Shown here: piece by piece, positions 57,155 to 64,000 of the stretch | Layout of the letters: each line of letters opens with the position of its first letter | Position numbering within the stretch: the first letter of the stretch is position 1 | NCBI GenBank assembly: GCA_022763365.1 | Contig: JALEGN010000001.1 | Coordinates: forward strand, 30,514-94,513 | Reading direction: 5' to 3' | DNA: 64,000 nucleotides | DNA from: Minisyncoccota bacterium | Lineage (GTDB): Bacteria; Patescibacteriota; Minisyncoccia; Phycocordibacterales; UBA1006 | Translations under genes and position numbers: made by a program | Notes under the pieces: model-generated | What the model was told of the DNA's origin: nothing | Databases searched by the model: none | Seen by the model: the letters and a program-made list of their open reading frames with translations, nothing else

Positions 57155-57228
57155 TACGCCCACCAGGACTCGAACCTGGAACCCTCGAGGAATAAGCTCG
57201 ATGCTCTAGCCAATTGAGCTATAGGCGC
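57155..57228 (-). tRNA. tRNA with anticodon UAU (formally Ile, AUA-decoding), with an atypical U37 and two G-U pairs in the acceptor stem
   Basis: Minus strand: GCGCCTA TA GCTC AATTGGCTA GAGC A TCGAG CTTATTC CTCGA GGGTT CCAGG TTCGAGT CCTGG TGGGCGT A. Canonical D/T loops (GG; TTCGAGT). 74 nt. No encoded CCA. Confidence 0.6.
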
Positions 57229-57384
57229 ATACCTCATAGAATAGCTTAATGAATATTTTTTTCAACGAATAAAAATTGACTTATATTCTAAAGAGCTTAG
57301 TATCAAGGTATCAAATGTTGTTTAAAGGGGACTTAGTCGCGTTAAATGTTATTTGAAGTTTATTCGCACTAATTGTTTTACACA

Positions 57385-57591
57385 ATGCAAAAAGGAACCA
57401 TTAAAAAAGTTATGGATAAAGGTTTTGGATTCATTGGAGTTGAAGGTCAAGAAAAAGATCTTTTCTTCCACATGAATGAATTACAAAATGTTAATTTTGA
57501 TGACTTGAAAGAAGGGGATACTTTAGAATTTGAAGTTGAAGACGGACCAAAAGGACCATCAGCAGTCAACGTTTCAAAAGTAGACGCTTAA
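57385..57591 (+). CDS. cold-shock protein (CspA family)
   Basis: RNP1/RNP2 motifs KGFGFI and DLFFH. ~68 aa. Confidence 0.8.
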   Translation: MQKGTIKKVMDKGFGFIGVEGQEKDLFFHMNELQNVNFDDLKEGDTLEFEVEDGPKGPSAVNVSKVDA

Positions 57592-57660
57592 TAAAAAATC
57601 ACACTTTATGTGTGATTTTTTATTATCAAAATTGAAAAAATGTGTATACTCTAAACATAT

Positions 57661-58719
57661 ATGACAACACTTATTATTCTTGCGTTGGCGGTAGTTGCTG
57701 GCTCGGGACTGTTTTCAGGAATAGAGGCGGCATTATTCTCAGTACCGCATTCAAGAGTATTACTCCTTAAAGAACAAAAGAGAAAAGGGGCAGATGCCCT
57801 CGCGACAATTAAAGAAAATCCACAAAAAGCCATTATCGTTATTGTAATTGCAAATAATATTGTAAATATCGTTGGTTCTATTTTTGTTGGGGTTGTTGCA
57901 ACTAATATTTTAGGTGACGCTATGATTGGTATTGTTTCGGCAGTGCTGACCTTCCTTATTATTATTTTTGGTGAAATTTTACCAAAAACAATTGGAGAAA
58001 ATAATGCTGAAAAAATTGGGCTCCTTGTCTCACGACCGTTAATTTTTGCTATCAAAATTCTGACACCGATAGTATGGCTCTTAGAGCAGTTGACAAAGAA
58101 ATTCTCAATATCACGAAAACTTGTTTCAGAAGAAGAGCTTCATATGCTCTCTGAGCTTGGTCACCTCGAGGGAAGTATTGAAGAAGACGAGCGTGATATT
58201 ATCCAAAAGGTTTTCACCCTGAATGATATGACGGCCTACGATATCATGACACCACGAACGGTCATTAGCGCTTTTCAGAAAGATGCAGTGATTGGAGAGA
58301 TCAGAAATGATATTTATGAATTGAATAATTCTCGTATTCCAGTCTTTGAAGATTCCATGGATAAAATTATCGGACTTGCATACCGGAAAAATATTTTGAT
58401 TGCCCTTGCAAAAGATGAAGACGATCGAACGATTGAATCATTTATGCAAGATGTGCTGTATGTATCAGAAGATATCCGAGTTGATGATCTCTTGCAACTA
58501 TTCCTTGAGCGTCGTGAGCAATTAGCTATTGTTAAAGATGAATTTGAAGGAACCAGTGGTTTGGTAACTCTCGAAGATGTTCTTGAGCAATTGGTAGGAG
58601 AAATTGTTGATGAAGATGATGAAGTCGTCGATACTCGTATCGAAGCAAAAAGAGAGGCTGATGAATCAGACCTCGTTGTTGAAGCATCAGAACATCTTGA
58701 AATAGAAGAAAAAGAATAG
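57661..58719 (+). CDS. CNNM/HlyC-CorC family transporter (DUF21 TM domain + CBS pair)
   Basis: N-terminal 4-TM DUF21 segment, then a tandem CBS region (DIMTPRTVISAF...; QLAIVKDEFEGTSGLVTLEDVLEQLVGEI) and an acidic tail. Confidence 0.75.
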   Translation: MTTLIILALAVVAGSGLFSGIEAALFSVPHSRVLLLKEQKRKGADALATIKENPQKAIIVIVIANNIVNIVGSIFVGVVATNILGDAMIGIVSAVLTFLIIIFGEILPKTIGENNAEKIGLLVSRPLIFAIKILTPIVWLLEQLTKKFSISRKLVSEEELHMLSELGHLEGSIEEDERDIIQKVFTLNDMTAYDIMTPRTVISAFQKDAVIGEIRNDIYELNNSRIPVFEDSMDKIIGLAYRKNILIALAKDEDDRTIESFMQDVLYVSEDIRVDDLLQLFLERREQLAIVKDEFEGTSGLVTLEDVLEQLVGEIVDEDDEVVDTRIEAKREADESDLVVEASEHLEIEEKE

Positions 58720-58777
58720 TAATAAAAACTATTCTTTTTTTATTTTTATGTTTTAATTATAAAAACAAACAATTATT

Positions 58778-59254
58778 ATGCTTAAAAAAAGAATACGAAT
58801 TTTGGTTGATATGGATGGAGTTCTTGCAGATTTTTTTGGACGGCGAAATCAAATGCTTAAAAATAATCCAGGGATTAAATTTCCTCAAAGTCAGTATAGA
58901 TTCTTTGCAGAACTTGAACCTATCAAGGATGCGATTGAAGTCTTTTTATTTTTAAGTCTACATTTTGACGTTCACATTCTAACAGCACCTTCTATTAAGA
59001 ATTTACTCTGTTATACAGAAAAGGCTGAATGGGTACTGAATAATTTAGGAGAGGAAGCACTTTCAAATATGTCTATTTCTCCAAATAAAGATTTTTTCAA
59101 AGGAGATTATCTTATTGATGATAATGATTCAGGAAAAGGTCAGGATAAATTTGAAGGAAAACTCATTCATTTCCATTCCAAGACAAACAACTGGCAAGAT
59201 ATCAAAAAATATTTTATTGATACTTATCCAGAACATATTCAAAAAACTGCTTAA
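58778..59254 (+). CDS. HAD-superfamily 5'(3')-deoxyribonucleotidase (NT5C-like)
   Basis: N-terminal VDMDGVLADF (DxDG HAD motif I) and a family-typical length. Confidence 0.65.
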   Translation: MLKKRIRILVDMDGVLADFFGRRNQMLKNNPGIKFPQSQYRFFAELEPIKDAIEVFLFLSLHFDVHILTAPSIKNLLCYTEKAEWVLNNLGEEALSNMSISPNKDFFKGDYLIDDNDSGKGQDKFEGKLIHFHSKTNNWQDIKKYFIDTYPEHIQKTA

Positions 59255-59272
59255 TTATAAGCAGTTTTTATA

Positions 59273-61468
59273 TTACTCAAAATGAATCTGATAACTATCA
59301 CTATCAATAATAGTTTTCAATTCCGGGAAGTTTTCTAAAGTTTCGTCATTTTCAATAATTTCTCTAGCTTCGGTTCGGGCGTATTCAACCATTTTGATAT
59401 TTTTGATGGCTTCCATGGCAAGGTCTGACATACCCCATTGTTTAACTCCGGCTAAATCTCCGGCACCACGCATCGATAAATCAATCTCTGCGAGCTCAAA
59501 TCCGTTTTTTGCTTCAACAATAGCTTTCATACGTTCCATGGTTTTCTCAGTTTTTGCATCAGCAAATAAATAACAATAGGCTTGATGGTTTGACCTGATA
59601 ACACGGCCACGTAATTGGTGTAGCTGAGCCAGTCCAAATCGCTCAGCTCCTTCGATGATAATACTGGTAGCATTCGGTACATTAACACCAACTTCTACAA
59701 CCGACGTTGAAACCAATACATCAATTTCGTGATTGTAGAATCGATTCATGACTTCTTCTTTTTCAGCCTTCTTCATCTTTGAATGCATAATATCGACTCG
59801 ATAGTCTTTAAATTCAGAATTCTGTAAACGTTTCGCTTCTGCTTTAACAGATTTTAATTGAAGACTATTTGCCTTATCAGGATCAGGTTCACTAATTCGT
59901 GGGCAGATAACGTATGCTTGGCGACCTTCTTCAAGTCGCTCTCTAATATCAGCATAGACCTGATCGCGTGATTCAGGTGATGGCGGAACTATTTTAGTCA
60001 TAACTGGCTTACGACCTGATGGCATTTGATCAACTACTGATAAATCAAGGTCGCCATAAATAGTTAGGGCAAGAGTTCGTGGAATAGGGGTAGCCGTCAT
60101 CGAGAGATAATGAGGAAGGCGATGATCTTTAGTTGTGAGGTTCATTCGTTGCTTCGTTCCAAAACGGTGTTGTTCATCAATAATTACCAAGGCAAGGTCT
60201 TGGAACTCTACTTTTTTTTGAATGAGGGCATGAGTTCCTATTACAATAGGAACTTCACCATTTTTAATCCATTTTAATAACTGATTTTTTGAAATATTGG
60301 TCCATGATTCACTAGGAACTTTTGATGGATATTTTCGGCATCCAGCACCGGTCATTAGACCAATTTGTATTCCTGTTTTTTCAAAGTATTCAACAAAGTT
60401 TTCAAAGAGCTGGGTTGCCAAGACCTCAGTCGGTGCCATATAAGCAACCTGCATACGGCCAAAATCATAGCTTCCTCCTGATTTCTTTTTTGGTCTGTTT
60501 TGAATAGCGGCATGAGCTGATACGGCAGCGACAAAGGTTTTACCTGAACCCACATCTCCTTCAAGGAGTCGTGTCATAGGTCTATCAGATTGCAAATCAG
60601 TAATGATTGATTCAATAGCAGAAGATTGAGCATCTGTTGGTGTAAAGGGGAATGATTCAATAAATGACTGAGTTTTTAATGAATCGACTTCTAAATCATA
60701 AGCATGCATTTTCCGATGATTTGATCGGCGCTGTTGATTACGTAATTGAATAAAAAATATTTCTTCAAAGGCAAAACGTTTTTTTGCGGCGTCTGCATCA
60801 GATTGTTTTTTCGGTGCATGTATCCATACTAGAGCAGTGGCAAGTCCTGGTAGATTATATTTCTGTCTAATGTGAATAGGTAATGGGTCTTCTAGATTTT
60901 CAAGAAAATCAGAACCTAAAATTTTCATGATGGTGTGGTACATCCATTTACTCGTAATACCACGTGACTCACGATAGATAGGATAGCCAAAAGCTATTTC
61001 TTCTGAATTTTCATTTTTAAAAAGTGAGTCGTGAGTATCAATTGGCATGTCAGCTACAATTTCAAATTCAGGATTAACCATGGTTTTATTTCCTTTTGAT
61101 TCAGTTATTTTTCCAGTGAGTTTTACACTTTGTCCGTCATGAAGTTTTTTTGCAATAAAGGCCTGGTTAAACCAGGTAATTTTTATTGAATCATTATTAA
61201 TGTCGGTGAGTGTCGCTGATGCCGTGGGAACTTTTGAGGTATAGGTTTTTCCAGTTTTTGGATTATTAATGATTCCGTAGATCGTAACCATTTCACCAAT
61301 TTCTGCCATATCAATCGTAGTGACCTCTGACATATGCGAATAACGACTAGGGAAGTGGTAGAGGAGATTACGTACTGTTTCGATACGCAGGCGTTTAAGC
61401 GCCTTTTTCTGAGAATCAACCGTACGAAAAGTACCAATAATAGGAGTTTCTAAAGAGATTTTTTTCAT
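59273..61468 (-). CDS. recG: ATP-dependent DNA helicase RecG
   Basis: Wedge/OB N-terminal region. SF2 motifs GDVGSGKT, DEQHRFG and TATPIPR. C-terminal RecG motif. Confidence 0.9.
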   Translation of the reverse strand: MKKISLETPIIGTFRTVDSQKKALKRLRIETVRNLLYHFPSRYSHMSEVTTIDMAEIGEMVTIYGIINNPKTGKTYTSKVPTASATLTDINNDSIKITWFNQAFIAKKLHDGQSVKLTGKITESKGNKTMVNPEFEIVADMPIDTHDSLFKNENSEEIAFGYPIYRESRGITSKWMYHTIMKILGSDFLENLEDPLPIHIRQKYNLPGLATALVWIHAPKKQSDADAAKKRFAFEEIFFIQLRNQQRRSNHRKMHAYDLEVDSLKTQSFIESFPFTPTDAQSSAIESIITDLQSDRPMTRLLEGDVGSGKTFVAAVSAHAAIQNRPKKKSGGSYDFGRMQVAYMAPTEVLATQLFENFVEYFEKTGIQIGLMTGAGCRKYPSKVPSESWTNISKNQLLKWIKNGEVPIVIGTHALIQKKVEFQDLALVIIDEQHRFGTKQRMNLTTKDHRLPHYLSMTATPIPRTLALTIYGDLDLSVVDQMPSGRKPVMTKIVPPSPESRDQVYADIRERLEEGRQAYVICPRISEPDPDKANSLQLKSVKAEAKRLQNSEFKDYRVDIMHSKMKKAEKEEVMNRFYNHEIDVLVSTSVVEVGVNVPNATSIIIEGAERFGLAQLHQLRGRVIRSNHQAYCYLFADAKTEKTMERMKAIVEAKNGFELAEIDLSMRGAGDLAGVKQWGMSDLAMEAIKNIKMVEYARTEAREIIENDETLENFPELKTIIDSDSYQIHFE

Positions 61469-61538
61469 GAGTTAAATTATAGCATTTCTTATAAAACAAA
61501 AGCCTCAAAAGCTTTTGTTTTTGAGGGATAAAAATAAG

Positions 61539-61757
61539 TTATTCTTTGTCAGGAAATCTCTTGTCTAAAAAATGGATTAAGAGAGGATTCAAAATGGCTC
61601 CAATCATCATGGCAATTCCTATTGTTCTGAACATAGGAATTTCATATTTGAAACCAGAATAGGTCATTCCAATTGCAAAAAAAGAATACCAGAGAATACT
61701 TACTCCTATAACAAAGTAATAAGAAAAATTTACAAAGTTTTTATTTTTACTGAGCAT
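61539..61757 (-). CDS. small membrane protein (72 aa)
   Basis: Two hydrophobic helices. Confidence 0.35.
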   Translation of the reverse strand: MLSKNKNFVNFSYYFVIGVSILWYSFFAIGMTYSGFKYEIPMFRTIGIAMMIGAILNPLLIHFLDKRFPDKE

Positions 61758-61805
61758 AAAATATAAGTTTTGATTTAATTATACTATACATTTTTTAAAA
61801 TATAA

Positions 61806-61851
61806 GTCAAATAAAAAACTATACCTCGACAGTGTTTAATATTTTTTGAAT
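61806..61851. repeat. ~45-bp intergenic repeat, copy 1 (terminator-like; second copy at 62156-62200)
   Basis: gtcaaataaaaaactatacctcgacagtgtttaatattttttgaat versus gtcaaaaaaacactatacttcgacagtgtttagtattttttgaat. Confidence 0.6.
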
Positions 61852-61877
61852 AATAAAAAAAGAAAGGAAAACCTTTC

Positions 61878-62111
61878 TTAGAAACTATCTTTACGATATT
61901 GTTCTCCATAAGCACTGTGCATAAAATAGCAAGCTAAGGCATAGGCTATCACGGCACTAATACCAAAACACCAATTCTCATTACCGGGAAGTGCTATAGA
62001 AATAATATAGGTATCAACTATACCAATTACAAGGATACATACTGTCCAAATAATAAGAGCTGGAAAAAAAGATGCTTGCATTAAATCATTAATGTAGGTA
62101 CTTGTTTTCAT
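61878..62111 (-). CDS. small membrane protein (77 aa)
   Basis: Two hydrophobic helices. It is followed by a terminator-like repeat. Confidence 0.35.
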   Translation of the reverse strand: MKTSTYINDLMQASFFPALIIWTVCILVIGIVDTYIISIALPGNENWCFGISAVIAYALACYFMHSAYGEQYRKDSF

Positions 62112-62155
62112 ATGTATAAACTATTTTATTTAATTATTAACTATTCAAATTTTTT

Positions 62156-62200
62156 GTCAAAAAAACACTATACTTCGACAGTGTTTAGTATTTTTTGAAT
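62156..62200. repeat. ~45-bp intergenic repeat, copy 2; overlaps the stop codon of the receiver-like gene
   Basis: See copy 1. On the minus strand it reads aacact-gtcgaagtat-agtgtt plus a T-run. Confidence 0.6.
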
Positions 62201-62518
62201 TGAAAGGTCTTCAATCTTCATTTGTTTATCTTTAGGGAATCCTTTGATGGTGGTGTTTAGGTGATTGATGATGAAAAAATCAGTATTCGGGTTTTCAAGT
62301 TTTTTCTTAATATAATTAATGCTCTTTAATCCTTTAAACTCAGGACATGAAGTTCCTAGTATTACGGCCCCAATATTTTTTCCCGAAGTTTCTTTAAGCC
62401 CATCCTCGATAGATGAACTGTTTAAAATATAACCTCCTTTTTTGTGTAAGAGATTTCCAATAATTTCCCGTAAGAATTCATCGTTTTCAAGGATAAGAAT
62501 TTTTCTTCGATGTGACAT
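62168..62518 (-). CDS. stand-alone CheY-like receiver-domain protein (possibly atypical, with a non-canonical acceptor region)
   Basis: KILILENDEFLREIIGNLL...GAVILGTSCPEFKGLKSINYIKK has a receiver-like alpha/beta pattern. No output domain. Confidence 0.45.
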   Translation of the reverse strand: MSHRRKILILENDEFLREIIGNLLHKKGGYILNSSSIEDGLKETSGKNIGAVILGTSCPEFKGLKSINYIKKKLENPNTDFFIINHLNTTIKGFPKDKQMKIEDLSIQKILNTVEV

Positions 62519-62547
62519 ATATTTAGTATAACGAATTTTTTGATTCT

Positions 62548-62835
62548 ATGTATAATAATTGTATGTCACTTAATTCAAATACAGCTTTTCATGACCTTAA
62601 TGATGCATTAAAAAATGCTCTTGTTACAGATGAAAAACTTATTGAAATTTGGAATTCTCTTACTGATATCCAGCGTAATGAATGGGTGTGTTATACGACG
62701 CTTGCCAAACAAGAATCTACCCGAGATAAAAGGGTAGTGCGAGCTATAGAAGATTTACAAAAAGGTAAAAGAAGTCCTTGCTGTTGGCCAGGTTGCCCTC
62801 ACCGCAGAACAAAAGCTGCTAAATTCTTTAAATAA
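62548..62835 (+). CDS. YdeI/OmpD-associated (DUF1801-like) family small protein
   Basis: C-terminal ...TRDKRVVRAIEDLQKGKR pattern. Low confidence. Confidence 0.4.
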   Translation: MYNNCMSLNSNTAFHDLNDALKNALVTDEKLIEIWNSLTDIQRNEWVCYTTLAKQESTRDKRVVRAIEDLQKGKRSPCCWPGCPHRRTKAAKFFK

Positions 62836-62850
62836 TTAGAAACTATCATT

Positions 62851-63663
62851 ATGAACACTATTGTATTTGCATTTTTAATAACGCTTGGCGCAGGATTGGC
62901 TACCGGTATAGGGAGCCTTTTGGCATTTACGGCTAAAAAAACAAATAAAAAATTCCTCTCATTTATGTTAGGACTCTCAGCCGGAGTGATGTTATACGTG
63001 TCGCTCGTTGAGATTTTTCAAAAATCAGTTGCTTCATTAACTGATGCTTTTGGTGATGGTGGATTGGGATATTTGTATGCAACGATTGGTTTTTTTGCTG
63101 GTGTTATTTTAATTTATTTGGTTGATATTTTCTTACATCGAAATGATGCTAGTCCGCATGAGGCTCATGACGTAGTTGAAATGGAAGATAAAGATGAAAA
63201 GGAGAAAAAGGCTCTTTTAAAAATGGGAACCTTTACGGCTTTGGCTATAGCGATTCATAATTTCCCTGAAGGGTTTGCGACATTTCTGGCAACTATGGAG
63301 GATCCAGCCTTAGGAATATCAATTGCGATTGCCATCGCCATTCATAATATTCCAGAAGGGATCGCGGTATCCATTCCGATTTATCATGCAACGGGTAGCC
63401 GTATTAAGGCATTTTGGTATTCGTTTGCTTCAGGTATTGTTGAACCTCTTGGCGCTTTGCTAGGATACTTTATCTTTATTCAATTTATTGGTGATAAATT
63501 TTTCGGAATTGTATTTGCTGCGGTTGCTGGTGTTATGGTGTTTATTTCTCTCGATGAATTATTACCAGCCGCACAAAAATACGGATACCATCATCATAGT
63601 ATTATCGGAACAATAGTAGGAATGATGATTATGGCACTGAGTTTGGTGTTGTTTGTTGTATAG
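62851..63663 (+). CDS. zupT: zinc transporter ZupT (ZIP family)
   Basis: Duplicated HNxPEG motifs (IHNFPEGFATF, IHNIPEGIAVS) and 8 TM helices. Confidence 0.85.
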   Translation: MNTIVFAFLITLGAGLATGIGSLLAFTAKKTNKKFLSFMLGLSAGVMLYVSLVEIFQKSVASLTDAFGDGGLGYLYATIGFFAGVILIYLVDIFLHRNDASPHEAHDVVEMEDKDEKEKKALLKMGTFTALAIAIHNFPEGFATFLATMEDPALGISIAIAIAIHNIPEGIAVSIPIYHATGSRIKAFWYSFASGIVEPLGALLGYFIFIQFIGDKFFGIVFAAVAGVMVFISLDELLPAAQKYGYHHHSIIGTIVGMMIMALSLVLFVV

Positions 63664-63767
63664 ATTTTATTAAGGTATTTACGCGATGCTCTTAGCTAAT
63701 TAGGCAAAACCTATGTACTTATAAATTAAAAAATACCAGAGAAAAAATCTCTGGTATTTTAATTTTG

Positions 63768-63854
63768 CGGAGAGTAAGGGATTCGAACCCTTGGAACCTT
63801 TGACAGTTCACTTCGTTAGCAGTGAAGCGCTTTCGACCACTCAGCCAACTCTCC
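63768..63854 (-). tRNA. tRNA-Ser (anticodon GCU)
   Basis: Minus strand: GGAGAGT TG GCT..AGC with a long variable arm. Anticodon loop CTGCTAA. T arm AAGGG TTCGAAT CCCTT. Acceptor 3' ACTCTCC plus G discriminator. 87 nt. Confidence 0.8.
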
Positions 63855-64000
63855 AATAAAATCAATACTACCACGATTATTTTTGAATTCAATTCAGTTC
63901 CTTGAAGAATATTTTGTAATAATTATTTTACTCATACGTCATATATAGTATGAAGAAATTATTTTATACACTTTTTATTTGCTCTTTTGTTTTTGTAGCA

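Noticed and set aside
1-64000. CRISPR arrays, rRNA genes, transposases/integrases, prophage genes
   Set aside because: No regularly spaced direct repeats, no rRNA-like conserved blocks, and no recognisable transposase or integrase ORFs were seen. The repeats present are terminator-like hairpins.
1-64000. Alternative genetic code (UGA recoding, as in some CPR lineages)
   Set aside because: Many well-supported genes terminate at TGA exactly where homologs end (for example the first ORF, the RT, several housekeeping genes), so the standard code 11 applies.

Overview
This is an AT-rich, gene-dense bacterial chromosomal window that uses the standard genetic code; ORFs end at TGA, TAA and TAG, so TGA is not recoded. 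Most genes are housekeeping: apt, pyk, ung, gyrB, thrS (with a T-box leader), dgkA, dnaE, rnhB, rpmF, rnc, smc, rnr, rpsP, secA, glmS, tmRNA with smpB nearby, ftsH, cspA-like, recG, zupT, and two tRNAs. Core proteins are compact (gyrB 671 aa, thrS 580 aa, SMC 766 aa) and there are two type IV pilin-like genes. That pattern is reminiscent of a Patescibacteria/CPR-like organism, but this is inference only. The standout locus is at 30.58-35.24 kb. A GC-rich, hairpin-dense non-coding segment is bracketed by a 19-bp inverted repeat and ends 11 nt before a reverse transcriptase that keeps its catalytic residues. The RT is translationally coupled to a polytopic membrane protein carrying a degenerate ABC-ATPase-like domain and to a membrane-anchored PLD/HKD-family protein whose second HKD motif reads HxH. 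RNase HII follows 6 nt downstream. This looks like a retron-like, RT-based module with an effector combination I do not recognise. A second candidate system lies at 0-6.4 kb: a tightly coupled five-gene operon with a divergent classical-AAA ATPase and two membrane proteins, of unknown function. Smaller points include an approximately 100-nt structured RNA candidate between rpsP and secA, a perfect 42-bp palindrome upstream of a TrpR-like regulator, a tRNA with anticodon UAU and atypical features, a NusB-NUDIX fusion, and families of near-identical terminators. No CRISPR array, rRNA, transposase or integrase was seen.
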